Shown in pieces: positions 29,056 to 38,859 of a stretch of 64,000 nucleotides of DNA (its first letter is position 1; each line of letters starts with the position of its first letter). The DNA lies in contig CAVQHC010000017.1 of assembly GCA_963712235.1 (NCBI GenBank), positions 42,754 to 106,753 on the forward strand, written 5' to 3'. The position numbers and the translations under genes are program-made. This stretch comes from an uncultured delta proteobacterium (lineage in GTDB: Bacteria > Myxococcota_A > Polyangia > Polyangiales > Houyiibacteriaceae). Under the pieces are notes generated by a model. It was not told the origin of the DNA. It did no database searches and was given only the letters and a program-made list of their open reading frames with translations.

Positions 29056-30099
29056 CTACAACACTTCAAGCAACGGCGTAAAATCCGCGAGCTCTAGCTG
29101 CGGCAAGTAGTCGTGGATCGCTTCCTGCTGTAGCCGGTGGCAGATGTCGGGGCGGAAGAAGTGCTCTCCGACCCGGAGCACGTAGTTCAGGATGAAGAAG
29201 CGGTAGGACTCTTTGAGGAAGAGGAGCTCTTCTTTCGTGAGGCGGTGCACTTCGTGGTAGGCGCGCAAAAACTTCATGAAGCGCTCGTCGAAGAGCGGGT
29301 CGACCGTGTAGCTGAAGGCGGTCTGGTCGCCTTCGGCGCGGACGACGCGGGCGCAGAAATAGAGGTCCAGCATCCGGGGCTCGATGCGGAACCAGTCGTA
29401 GTCCCAGCGGGAAAAGAACTTGAAGCCATCGCCGTCCATCCCGACCGAGAAGTTCCCGAGGTTCCAGTCGATCAGGACCGGGATCTTGGTCCACTGGTGG
29501 TAGCCGAGGTCGTCGGCGTTCCCGAGAAAGGCATCGCAGTGGGCGCGAACGTAGCTGATCGACGAGTCCGAAAAGCCCCGCTCACGGCGCCACTCCGAGC
29601 TGCCGATCGCGTCGTGAAGGCTCGCGACATCGGCGCCGAGCGACTGCCAGGTCGGCCTCACGCGGTCCGAGATGTTCAAGCACTCTCGATGAAAGAGCCC
29701 CATCTCCTCGCCGAGCGATTCGATCTGCCCGTCCGTCAGGACCTTGGGGAGGAAGTCATAGAAGGGTTGCTGCGCGTAGAAGACAACCCACTCGTCGTCG
29801 TCGCGGTAGGTGAAGACCTCGTCGTTCTTCAAAAGCACCGGCGCAAGAAACTTCGCGTACCGAGTCCCGCGAAGCCGATGAATCCATTCGTGGATCCGGT
29901 AATGATCCTGTCGAAAATGCACGTAAGAGCCGTAGCTCGAGCGTTTCGCCACCACGGCGTGCCCGTCGTCGAGGATGAGCAGATACACCGAGTTGGTCGA
30001 AACGTTAGCGCTGACCTCGCGCATCTCGACCAGTTCCCGATGATCCCCGTAGGCATCCCAGGCTGCAGTCACGATGAGTGGGACAGCGGGCTCGGTCAC
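29056..30099 (-). CDS. Phosphotransferase (APH/choline-kinase-like, protein-kinase fold) family protein
   Basis: VYLLILDDGHAVVAKR (ATP-binding Lys region) and VLIDWNLGNF (DxD-type metal site). Start set at GTG 30099, just downstream of the aldolase stop. Confidence 0.55.
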   Translation of the reverse strand: MTEPAVPLIVTAAWDAYGDHRELVEMREVSANVSTNSVYLLILDDGHAVVAKRSSYGSYVHFRQDHYRIHEWIHRLRGTRYAKFLAPVLLKNDEVFTYRDDDEWVVFYAQQPFYDFLPKVLTDGQIESLGEEMGLFHRECLNISDRVRPTWQSLGADVASLHDAIGSSEWRRERGFSDSSISYVRAHCDAFLGNADDLGYHQWTKIPVLIDWNLGNFSVGMDGDGFKFFSRWDYDWFRIEPRMLDLYFCARVVRAEGDQTAFSYTVDPLFDERFMKFLRAYHEVHRLTKEELLFLKESYRFFILNYVLRVGEHFFRPDICHRLQQEAIHDYLPQLELADFTPLLEVL

Positions 30100-30116
30100 G
30101 CTTGAGCTTGGCGTCC

Positions 30117-31028
30117 TTAGGCCTGCGCGGCGTAGAGATCCATGATGTCGTGAAGAAGCTTGACGGCGTCCTTGTTGGATCGCTGAAAGGCGTTGCGGCC
30201 GACGATCGAACCGTAGCCACCGCCCTTGGCGATTTCCCCGACCTCTTCGAGAACGGCGTCGGTGCCCTTGGTGGCGCCGCCGGAGAAGATGACGATGCGC
30301 TTGCCGCCAAACGCAGCCTGCACGACGTGCCGGACGCGCTCGGCCAGTGTTCCGATGGGGATGTTCTCGTAGCTCTTCTTCGCAGCGTCCTGGAAGACCA
30401 CTTCGGAGGGCGCCTTCACCTTCACGACGTGCGCGCCGAGCTGGCAAGCGATCTGCGCGGCGTAGGCCGCGACGTCGATGGCGGTCTCCCCCTCCTTGGA
30501 CATGTTGCCACGCGGGTACGACCAAACGATGCTTGGCAAGCCGGCGGCGCGCGCCTCGCTGATGAGGTCGCGAAGGTCTTGGTACATCTGATTGCGAAGG
30601 CCGCTGCCTGGGTAGATGGTGTACCCGATCGCCGAACAGCCGAGCCGAACGGCGTCATCGACCGCGGAGGTGAGCGCCGAGCACGGCGTGTCGGGCCCAC
30701 CGAGCGAATCGCTGTTGTTTACCTTCAAGATGAGCGGAAGCTCACCGGCATAGCGATGCGCGATCGACTCGATGAAGCCGAGGGGCGCCGCGTAGCCATT
30801 GCAGCCAGCCTCGACGGCGAGCGCGGGGTGGTAGGCCGGGTCGTAGCCCGGAGGGTTCGGCGCGAAGGAGCGGGCCGGCCCATGCTCGAAGCCCTGGTCG
30901 ACCGGGAGGATCACGATTTTACCCGTTCCAGCGAGGCGCCCGGTGTTCATCAGTCGCCTGAGATTTCCAATGACGCCAGGATTTTCACCCGCGTAATTCG
31001 CGAGGATTTGTTCGACTCGTTCACTCAT
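30117..31028 (-). CDS. Class I fructose-bisphosphate aldolase family (DhnA/DeoC-LacD type)
   Basis: GKIVILPVDQGFEHGP, PLILKVNNSDSL and HVVKVKAP (Schiff-base Lys region). 303 aa. Confidence 0.7.
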   Translation of the reverse strand: MSERVEQILANYAGENPGVIGNLRRLMNTGRLAGTGKIVILPVDQGFEHGPARSFAPNPPGYDPAYHPALAVEAGCNGYAAPLGFIESIAHRYAGELPLILKVNNSDSLGGPDTPCSALTSAVDDAVRLGCSAIGYTIYPGSGLRNQMYQDLRDLISEARAAGLPSIVWSYPRGNMSKEGETAIDVAAYAAQIACQLGAHVVKVKAPSEVVFQDAAKKSYENIPIGTLAERVRHVVQAAFGGKRIVIFSGGATKGTDAVLEEVGEIAKGGGYGSIVGRNAFQRSNKDAVKLLHDIMDLYAAQA

Positions 31029-31138
31029 GCCCGTTGCCTCCGTTGTTCAGCTTCTTGGCGGGGACCTTAGCTCAGAGATCGGAGCTGGTCATGCCCAAGT
31101 GGGGGACCCTTAGGGGCAGGCCCTACGCCAGGCGAGAC

Positions 31139-32968
31139 TCAGGCGCGCGCCGCCTGGGTAGCCGCTGTCCCTTCGGCGTAAAACGCAGCGATTTCAGACG
31201 CGTACTTCTCGTTCACGATGTTCCGCTTCACCTTGAGGGTCGGGGTCAGCTCGCCTCCGTCCACGCTAAACACGGTCGGGAGAATCTTGATCTTCTTAAT
31301 CGTCTGGTAGCGCGCGACCTTCTCGTTGCAGACCTTTTGCATTTCTTGCTCGATGTAGCGCTTCACGTCCTCGTTTCGGGCGGCGGTCTGGACGTCGCTC
31401 AGGCCGGAAATCTGGGATGCGACCTCCAGCTCCGGGAGAGCCTCCGGGTCGAGCACGATCAGCGCCGCGAGATAGGGCTGCCGATCACCCACCACCACGG
31501 CCTGCCCCACGCCCGGGATCGACTGCAGGTAGCCCTCCATCTCGGCGGGCGCGACGTTCTTCCCGCCCGCCGTGATGATCAGGTCCTTTTTGCGTCCGGT
31601 AATCGAGATGTAGCCGTCCTCGTCGATGGCGCCGAGGTCGCCGGTGTGCATCCAGCCATCGCTGTCGTAGAGCTCGGCCGTCTTGTCGGGCAGGCGGTGG
31701 TAGCCCTTCACCATGTTGATGCCCTTGAGCATGATCTCGCCGTCCTCGGCGATCTTCGCCTGAACGCCCGGCAAGGGCCTGCCGATGGTGCCCAGCTTCG
31801 GCCTGCCGTGCGGCTGGACGGAAGCAAAGGCCGTGGTCTCGGTCATTCCGTAGCCCTCGTGAACCGGAAGGCCGATCGACGCGAAGAACTCGAGCGTCGA
31901 AACCGAAATCGGTGCAGCGCCACTGAGCGCGACCTGCAGCTGGTCCAAGCCGAGGGCCTCCTTGATCTTCGAGATCACGAGCTTGTTCGCTAGATTGCGC
32001 GAAAAGCTCGACACCGGACGGCCGGTCGCGACCTCCTGCTTGAACGCCTCGAGCTCGGTCTTCCGAGCCCAACTCGCCAGCTTGGCCTTGATGCCGGTCG
32101 CTTCGGCCAATTTGCCGCGAAGCGCCGCCTCGAACTTCTCCCAAACCCGCGGCACCGCCAGGAAAATCGTGGGGTGCACATCGACCAGGTAGTCTTTGAT
32201 CTGCGTGAGGTCGCTGCAGTAGAAGGTCTCGCCCTGAATCATGAGCCCGGCAAAGTTTGTCATTCCCTGCTCTGCCGCGTGGCAGAGCGGCAAGTAGCTG
32301 ACGCTGCGGGTCTTCGTTTGCATGAGCGAAGGGAACACTTCCGCCACGGCATTGGCGATGAGGTCGATTCCCTCGTGCGTCAGCATCGCCCCCTTGGGAA
32401 GCCCGGTCGTACCGGAGGTGTAAATCAGGAGCGCGACGTCATCGCTCTTCACGGCATCGAGCCGCGCCTCGAGCTCCGCATCGCTGATCGAATCGCCTTT
32501 CGCCATGAGAGCTTTCAGGCTGATCACGCGAGGATCGCTCGACGCGAGGTCATCCATCGTGACGATATGCTCGACCGGACTGTCGCCCGTGGCGATCGAT
32601 AAGAACTTATTAAGCTGCGTCTGGTCGTCGCAAATCACGATCTTCGATTCCGCATTGCTGACGATGTAGGCCATCTGCTCCGGCAAGAGCGTCGTGTAGA
32701 GAGGCGCCGGGACCCCCTGGGCCGCGTTGATGCCGTGCTGGCAAATCACCCAGTCGCGCCGATTGGCGCCAACGATGGCCACGCACTCCCCGGGCTGCAG
32801 GCCCAAAGCGATGAGCCCCTTCCCCACTTGTCGCACGCTCTTCCAGTACTCGGCCCAGGTCGAAGTCGCCCAGGTCCCATCGGAGTTGCGGTCGTGAATG
32901 GCGGGCTGGTTGCCGTTGGCCTTCGCCCAGCCTTCGATCCGCGAGAGCATCGTTCCTTGCAGTGTCAT
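31139..32968 (-). CDS. Long-chain fatty-acid--CoA ligase (AMP-forming)
   Basis: IYTSGTTGLPKGAMLTH AMP-binding motif, GYGMTET, ITGRKKDLIITAGGKNVAP, ELTPTLKVKR. Confidence 0.88.
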   Translation of the reverse strand: MTLQGTMLSRIEGWAKANGNQPAIHDRNSDGTWATSTWAEYWKSVRQVGKGLIALGLQPGECVAIVGANRRDWVICQHGINAAQGVPAPLYTTLLPEQMAYIVSNAESKIVICDDQTQLNKFLSIATGDSPVEHIVTMDDLASSDPRVISLKALMAKGDSISDAELEARLDAVKSDDVALLIYTSGTTGLPKGAMLTHEGIDLIANAVAEVFPSLMQTKTRSVSYLPLCHAAEQGMTNFAGLMIQGETFYCSDLTQIKDYLVDVHPTIFLAVPRVWEKFEAALRGKLAEATGIKAKLASWARKTELEAFKQEVATGRPVSSFSRNLANKLVISKIKEALGLDQLQVALSGAAPISVSTLEFFASIGLPVHEGYGMTETTAFASVQPHGRPKLGTIGRPLPGVQAKIAEDGEIMLKGINMVKGYHRLPDKTAELYDSDGWMHTGDLGAIDEDGYISITGRKKDLIITAGGKNVAPAEMEGYLQSIPGVGQAVVVGDRQPYLAALIVLDPEALPELEVASQISGLSDVQTAARNEDVKRYIEQEMQKVCNEKVARYQTIKKIKILPTVFSVDGGELTPTLKVKRNIVNEKYASEIAAFYAEGTAATQAARA

Positions 32969-33028
32969 TTGGCCTCCATGGAGAGGGGGTGACGCTACCC
33001 CATCTCAAGCTCCGATCCTAGGCATGAT

Positions 33029-33120
33029 CGCTGGCACTGGCACTGGCACTGGCACTGGCACTGGCTCTGGCGCTGGCGCTGGCACTGGCACTGGCGCTGG
33101 CGCTGGCGCTGGCGCTGGCA
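33029..33120. repeat. Solo (CTGGCR)n hexanucleotide array, about 15 units
   Basis: gctggcactggcactggcactggcactggcactggctctggcgctggcgctggcactggcactggcgctggcgctggcgctggcgctggca in an intergenic region, with no adjacent 191-bp element. Confidence 0.9.
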
Positions 33121-33391
33121 AAAACTGGCGGAGGAGGAGGAGTTCGCAAACTCTGCCTCTTGCCGCAAAGGCCAGAACAAAGGATTTCACGCGCTGGAGC
33201 CGCGCCGGCATGAGGATCGGCAGCCCCTTTTTGGCAGCTCTGGCGCTTTTGACATTGGCAGGACGGATCAGATCAGTAAGCCGGATGCCATCTCGGATTC
33301 CACTGGTCGGAACGCTCGGTAGACGCGCAGTAGCCTCGGTATGCGCCGCGCAAGAGTTGGCAAGAAAGGCGAGTACAGCGATAATGGCAGC

Positions 33392-35113
33392 ATGATACGT
33401 ACCAGTGTTGTCTGCATATCCGTCGTTTTCATTCTGGCTGCGTGCGGCTCAACGTCGGGAGGCGGAGCCGGAGTCGGAGGCTCAGCCGGAGTCGGAGGCT
33501 CAGCCGGAGTCGGAGGCTCAGCCGGAGTCGGAGGCTCAGCCGATTCGTGTGATATTAGCACCTGCGAATGCGAGGTCGATACGGATTGTGCCGAGTTCGA
33601 GGTTTGCGACACGACCTCGACACCTGGCCGACTCTGCACGTGCGCGCCCGCCTACGAGGACGCGGGCGGTGGCTGTTTCTTCGCCGGGGCGCCTAGCGAC
33701 CAGGGTTTCCAGGCTGCCGACGTGTGGAGCACGACCAACGACGTGCGGGCGGTCATCGATCCGAACGCCGCCGGCAGCATTGACACCGGCGTCGCGAGCC
33801 TGACGCCCGACGGTGTCTGTGTCTTTGACTCGATCTTCCAGAGGTTCACCATGCCGCCGCGGGATCGCTCCGAGATCTTTGCCGTTGACGTCAGCTACTT
33901 CGCCGAGACCACCGGCTTCGACTCGCTTGGGCCTGTGCTCCTGATCGATGGCGGCTGGAATACGCTCCCCCGGGAACAGGGCAGCTTCACCAACAACACA
34001 TTCTGTCTCGGCGAGCGTGGCTACGGCGGCGACGTCGAGTTCCGCATCGGCCCGGCCACCGAGAGCGACAGCTGCGTAGCCACGCCGGAGTCGTTTCTCC
34101 GATTTGATCGCGTCGCGGTCCGACGCGCCCTTGCCGGCGAGTGTCCGGATGACGTCGGCGAGACGATCAATGGCGACATGGAAGCCAACAACGGCTGGAC
34201 CTTCGCCTTTGCCAGCGGCGGCACCGCCGACTACGCCGACAACATCGGCGCCGGAAACAGCCGCGGTATCCGCATCACCCGCTCGACGACGGCCTCGAGC
34301 GCGTCGGCAACATCAAGAATCTCGCTGCCAATGGACACCTCGGTTCCCAGCAGCGCGATCGAGTTCTTCTCGGCTGGAACCGCGAGTGGGGTCTTCGAGG
34401 TCAGGCTCGGCGGCCAGCCAGTCTCGCGAATGACGCCGACCGGGGTGCGCCGTGTGTGCGTGCCCGAGTGGGCAAAGGGCACCGTGCAGGACATCACCTT
34501 CGCGCTCACCCAGGTCATGGGTTCCGGCGCTCCGATCAATCGTTCGGAGACCATCGACCTCGACGCGGTGTCGGTGGTGAGCGACACTGGTTGCGGCGCT
34601 GACGCCACCCTGTACGACAATGACTTCGAGACCTTCTTGAACACCCCCGGCCTCGCACCCGGCTGGGCGGTCACCATTGGCGGAGTCAATGGAACCGAAG
34701 CGCCGGCGACGATTCTCAATGACCCAAGCAGCGCGCACTCGGGCAACGGAAGCCTGCGTCTGACCGCGACCAACGTGTGCAACCGCGCGACCGCACGTCG
34801 CGACATCTTCGTCCCGGAGAGCAGCGGCGCCGCCGGTCCGGCGATCAAGGCGTTCGTCAACATCCCCAGCGCGCCGATCGGCCGGGGCGGGATCCGCTTC
34901 TACCGGACGCCGTTCCGCCCGGTCGAGGTCAACGCCCCTGAGGGCGTAGGCTACCAGCAGGTGATCATGTGCATTCCGCCCAAGCACATCGGCCGGCGGC
35001 TGACGATCGAGGCCTTCGCCGATGGCGGTGGCGGTAGTTGCACCGACATCGCCGGCGAGGACACTTTCGTCGACGATCTCGAGGTCACGACCGACCCGAC
35101 ATGCCCGAACTGA
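33392..35113 (+). CDS. Secreted lipoprotein with (GVGGSA)4 linker, Cys-rich module and CBM-like repeats
   Basis: MIRTSVVCISVVFILAACGS lipobox. GVGGSA x4. CDISTCECEVDTDC. Repeated NGDMEANNGW / NDFETF..GW segments resemble carbohydrate-binding-module starts. Confidence 0.6.
   Translation: MIRTSVVCISVVFILAACGSTSGGGAGVGGSAGVGGSAGVGGSAGVGGSADSCDISTCECEVDTDCAEFEVCDTTSTPGRLCTCAPAYEDAGGGCFFAGAPSDQGFQAADVWSTTNDVRAVIDPNAAGSIDTGVASLTPDGVCVFDSIFQRFTMPPRDRSEIFAVDVSYFAETTGFDSLGPVLLIDGGWNTLPREQGSFTNNTFCLGERGYGGDVEFRIGPATESDSCVATPESFLRFDRVAVRRALAGECPDDVGETINGDMEANNGWTFAFASGGTADYADNIGAGNSRGIRITRSTTASSASATSRISLPMDTSVPSSAIEFFSAGTASGVFEVRLGGQPVSRMTPTGVRRVCVPEWAKGTVQDITFALTQVMGSGAPINRSETIDLDAVSVVSDTGCGADATLYDNDFETFLNTPGLAPGWAVTIGGVNGTEAPATILNDPSSAHSGNGSLRLTATNVCNRATARRDIFVPESSGAAGPAIKAFVNIPSAPIGRGGIRFYRTPFRPVEVNAPEGVGYQQVIMCIPPKHIGRRLTIEAFADGGGGSCTDIAGEDTFVDDLEVTTDPTCPN
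33470..33541 (+). repeat. Perfect 18-bp tandem repeat x4 inside the lipoprotein gene
   Basis: GGAGTCGGAGGCTCAGCC repeated four times in frame (GVGGSA). Confidence 0.9.
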
Positions 35114-35279
35114 CCGGGTGTCAGTGCGCTTTCAGAAAAGCCGGTGCCTGAGGTTGGCGCACCAGCCCCTGCCCAATACGGGAGGGCGATTGACATGATC
35201 AACAAGTACCGACGAGCGGCCCGATGACTCGCGGACCTCGGACGCGAGGGACCTGAGACCTCAGAGAATACGGCCCAGA

Positions 35280-35370
<91 letters not shown>

Positions 35371-35487
35371 GTGGAGGGGCCGATTTAGCACATGGATCGC
35401 GCCCTGGCCCTTTTCATTTCTGACGATCTGGGCCTATATTAGCCGGCTCCCGGCCAATGGGCGGCCGACAACTGATGAGGTGACCCT

Positions 35488-37275
35488 GTGGCGACTGACA
35501 CGATTCCGAATCGACTTTTGCAACGTGCGAAAAGGACCCCGAACGACCCTGCGTACTACGTGCGGCAAGGCGGTAGCTGGAAGCCGACCAATTGGGGCAG
35601 CTACTCGGACGAGGTGACGCAGGCCGGCCGTGCGCTGATCGCGCTTGGCTTCGAACCCGGGCAGACAGTCTGCATCCTCGGCTTCAATCGCCCGGAGTGG
35701 GCGGTGATGGACATCGCTGCGATGGGTGCCGGCGGCGCCCCGGCAGGCATCTACACCACCTGCTCTCCGGTCGAGGTTCGCTACATCCTCTCGCACGCCG
35801 AAGCGCCCGTCATCCTCGTCGAGAACGAAGATCAATGGCGCAAGGTGTTGGCGGAACGCTCGAACATGCCGAACCTGAAGCACGTCATCACCATGAAAGG
35901 CTGTCCCGCGATCGCCGACGACATGGTGATGACCTGGGAAGAGTTCCTCGCCAAAGGCGATGGAGTCGAGACGCGGGCGTACCTCGACCGGGTCGAGAGC
36001 CTGAAGCCCAATGAGCTTGCCACCTTGATCTACACCTCGGGCACCACCGGCCCGCCCAAGGGCGTGATGCTGAGCAACGAGAACCTCGCCTGGACGTCGA
36101 ACGTGGCCATCAGCATCACGACGATCAGCGCGAGCGATTGCTCGCTTTCATATCTGCCGCTCTCGCACATCGCCGAGCAGATGTTTACGCTCCACATTCC
36201 AATCACCACGGGGGCCCGCGTGCACTTCGCCGAGTCGATCGAAGCGGTGCCCGAGAACCTGAAAGAGGTCCAGCCCACCATCTTCTTCGGCGTGCCGCGC
36301 ATTTGGGAGAAGTTCCATGCTGGGATCTCGGCCAAGCTCAAGGAAGCGACCGGCGTGAAGGCCAAGCTGGTAAAGTGGGCAATGAAGGTCGGCTGGGAGG
36401 CCAACCAGACCCCCGACGGCAATAAAGGCCTGCAGTATCAGCTCGCCAACAAGCTCATCTACTCGAAGCTCTTGCCCGCCATCGGGATGGGCAACGCCCG
36501 CGTGTGCGTCACCGGCGCCGCGCCAATCGCGCGCGAGGTGCTGGAGTTCTTCGCGAGCTTGAACCTCGTCGTTCTCGAGGTCTACGGCCAGTCCGAGGAC
36601 AGCGGCCCGACCAGCTTCAACACCCCGACCCGCTATCGTTTCGGCAGCGTCGGCCCTGCGCTTCCGGGCGTCGAGGTCAAGATCGCCGGAGACGACGAGA
36701 TCATGGTCAAGGGCCCCAACGTTTTCCTGGGCTACTACAGAGACAAGGAAGCCACCGACGCCACACTCTCCGACGGCTGGTTGCATTCGGGCGATTTGGG
36801 CGCCTTCGATAGCGACGGCTTCCTGAACATCACCGGCCGCAAAAAGGACATCATCATCACCGCCGGTGGCAAGAACATCACGCCGAAGAATCTCGAGTCG
36901 GGCATCAAGAACCACCCGCTCATCGATGAAGCGGTCGTGATCGGCGACCGGCGCAAGTACCTGAGCGCACTCGTCACCATCGACGTGGAGGCAGGCCCGG
37001 CCTGGGCCGCCGCCAATGGCGAAGATGCCGGCGCGCTTCACAAGAGCGCGAAGCTCAGGGCGAGCATCCAAGCGCACATCGACGAGATGAACAAGGAGTT
37101 CGCGCGCGTGGAGCAGATCAAGAAGTTCACCATTCTCAAGCGCAACTTCACCGTCGAAGACGGCGAGCTCACACCGACCCTGAAGGTGAAGCGCGCCAAG
37201 GTGAACGACCACTTCGCCGAAGACATCGAAGCGATGTACGACGAAGGCAGCGCGCAGCCTCAAGCTCGCGCCTGA
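35488..37275 (+). CDS. Long-chain fatty-acid--CoA ligase (AMP-forming)
   Basis: GTG start. IYTSGTTGPPKGVMLSN, VYGQSE, ITGRKKDIIITAGGKNITP, ELTPTLKVKR. Confidence 0.88.
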   Translation: MATDTIPNRLLQRAKRTPNDPAYYVRQGGSWKPTNWGSYSDEVTQAGRALIALGFEPGQTVCILGFNRPEWAVMDIAAMGAGGAPAGIYTTCSPVEVRYILSHAEAPVILVENEDQWRKVLAERSNMPNLKHVITMKGCPAIADDMVMTWEEFLAKGDGVETRAYLDRVESLKPNELATLIYTSGTTGPPKGVMLSNENLAWTSNVAISITTISASDCSLSYLPLSHIAEQMFTLHIPITTGARVHFAESIEAVPENLKEVQPTIFFGVPRIWEKFHAGISAKLKEATGVKAKLVKWAMKVGWEANQTPDGNKGLQYQLANKLIYSKLLPAIGMGNARVCVTGAAPIAREVLEFFASLNLVVLEVYGQSEDSGPTSFNTPTRYRFGSVGPALPGVEVKIAGDDEIMVKGPNVFLGYYRDKEATDATLSDGWLHSGDLGAFDSDGFLNITGRKKDIIITAGGKNITPKNLESGIKNHPLIDEAVVIGDRRKYLSALVTIDVEAGPAWAAANGEDAGALHKSAKLRASIQAHIDEMNKEFARVEQIKKFTILKRNFTVEDGELTPTLKVKRAKVNDHFAEDIEAMYDEGSAQPQARA

Positions 37276-37312
37276 GCCAGCCGATACGAGGCGATTCGGT
37301 CCCGGGCGGCGT

Positions 37313-37729
37313 TTAACCGACGACCGTCACGGTGACCCGTCGCCGATGCCCCCGGCGGCGGTGTTCCCAGAGAAAGACGCCCTGCCAGGTGCCAAGCGCG
37401 CAGTGGCCCCCGCTGACCGGGATGCCCAGTGAAGTCTGCGTAAGGGCCGTCTTGACGTGGGCGGGCATGTCGTCGGGGCCTTCCATGCTGTGGACGTAGA
37501 GCGAATCGCCGTCGGGAACGAGCCTCGAAAGGAAGGCGTCGAGGTCACGCTGCACGTCGGGGTCGGCGTTCTCGTTGATGATCAGCGACGCACTGGTGTG
37601 GTGCACGAAGACGGTGCAGAGGCCCTCGGAAACCCCAGACGCTGCGACCGCCTCCTGAACCTCTCGCGTGATTTCGCGGGTGCCCCTCCCCCGCGTTTCA
37701 ACCGTGAATGTGTGCGACTTGGCGGTCAT
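37313..37729 (-). CDS. YjbQ/UPF0047 family (secondary thiamine-phosphate synthase) protein
   Basis: MTAKSHTFTVETRGRGTREITREV...VHHTSASLIINENADPDV...MPAHVK...GTWQGVFLWEHR matches the family pattern. ATG overlaps the upstream stop (ATGA). Confidence 0.85.
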   Translation of the reverse strand: MTAKSHTFTVETRGRGTREITREVQEAVAASGVSEGLCTVFVHHTSASLIINENADPDVQRDLDAFLSRLVPDGDSLYVHSMEGPDDMPAHVKTALTQTSLGIPVSGGHCALGTWQGVFLWEHRRRGHRRRVTVTVVG

Positions 37730-38199
37730 GACGGCGACACCCTCATCCACATCGCCGCTTGGTCACCTTGGTAGATCAAGATGTCGTCCTGGGTGAAGCG
37801 GAACTCGTAGCGGCCAAACACCTGCGTTTCGCGCTGACGGATCTTCGTTGCGCGAAGCTCCATCTCGAGCGGCGAGCCCATCTTCGCCAGCGCTGCGAAT
37901 CGGGCATCGTAGATTCGGCCGCCGTAGCCAATCCAGCCATCGGCGTGGCGGAGCCCGAGGCAGTAATAGGTGTGCATGAAGCCGAGGATCCCGGTCAGGT
38001 GAACCATCAGGCCGCCGCTCACGTGCCGCGGATGACGCAGCGGGTGTGCCCGCTGGTCGCGCGTCAGCGGAAGATCGGGGCGCGTCGTCATTCGCGCCCG
38101 CACAAGCCCTGCCTCCTTATCGACTTCGACGAGCTCATCGATGCAGATCGCGCCTGGGCCGTAGGGGCAGTCCGCAACAAATTCAGGGTCCAACGGCAT
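37726..38199 (-). CDS. Hotdog-fold (FabA/FabZ/MaoC-like) protein
   Basis: 157-aa ORF. HPRHVSGGLMVHLTGILG resembles the dehydratase His-region of hotdog folds. Tightly packed between queE and yjbQ. Confidence 0.55.
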   Translation of the reverse strand: MPLDPEFVADCPYGPGAICIDELVEVDKEAGLVRARMTTRPDLPLTRDQRAHPLRHPRHVSGGLMVHLTGILGFMHTYYCLGLRHADGWIGYGGRIYDARFAALAKMGSPLEMELRATKIRQRETQVFGRYEFRFTQDDILIYQGDQAAMWMRVSPS

Positions 38200-38202
38200 G
38201 CT

Positions 38203-38859
38203 CTAAACTCCCTGGGCGTCCGCGTCCCAAATGACCTTGTGCATCTGCATCTGCACGCGAACCGGCAACTGGTCCTCGAGGACCCAGTTCACCAGGTCCC
38301 TAGGGTCGAGCTCCCCCCAGACGCAACTCAGCAGAACGGCATGGACCCGATCGGGGAGGCGATGCTCGGCGAGGATGCCTTTGGTCCAGTCGTAGTCGGC
38401 ACGGTCCGCGAGAACGAACTTCACCTCGTCGCGCTTGCTGAGCTCGGCGATGTTCTCCCACCGGTTGCGCCGTGACTCGCCGCTTCCCGGCGCTTTGAGG
38501 TCCATGATGCGATGCACGCGGGGGTCGACTTTGGAGATGTCGCGCTCACCGCTGGTTTCGAGCAGCACGGTGCGCCCCGCATCGCAAAGCTCTTGAAGCA
38601 ATGGAATCGCGCCTGGCTGCAAGAGCGGCTCGCCGCCCGTGAGCTCGACGAGCGGGGTGCCGAACGAAAGTGCCTTCGCGAGCACCTCTGCGCGCGGCAT
38701 TTCGGTGCCACCTTCGAACGCCTGCGGGGTGTCGCACCAGCGGCAGCGCAGATTGCAGCGAGAAAGCCGGACGAAGGTGCAGGGAAGCCCGGCGAAGGTC
38801 GATTCACCTTGAATCGATTCGTAGATCTCGTGAATGCGTATCTGCTCGGTGTCGGTCAT
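38203..38859 (-). CDS. queE: 7-carboxy-7-deazaguanine synthase (radical SAM)
   Basis: IYESIQGEST, CNLRCRWCDT (CxxxCxxC), ELTGGEPLLQ, VKFVLADRADYDW. Confidence 0.9.
   Translation of the reverse strand: MTDTEQIRIHEIYESIQGESTFAGLPCTFVRLSRCNLRCRWCDTPQAFEGGTEMPRAEVLAKALSFGTPLVELTGGEPLLQPGAIPLLQELCDAGRTVLLETSGERDISKVDPRVHRIMDLKAPGSGESRRNRWENIAELSKRDEVKFVLADRADYDWTKGILAEHRLPDRVHAVLLSCVWGELDPRDLVNWVLEDQLPVRVQMQMHKVIWDADAQGV

Noticed and set aside
33029-33120. Iterated TGGCAC in the arrays (and TTGGCACTTGC in the 191-bp element) as sigma-54 -24/-12 promoters
   Set aside because: TGGCAC recurs every 6 bp, and no properly spaced GG-N10-GC with a TTGC-like -12 box results. In the 191-bp element the two boxes are adjacent rather than 4-5 nt apart. 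The resemblance is a consequence of the repeat unit.
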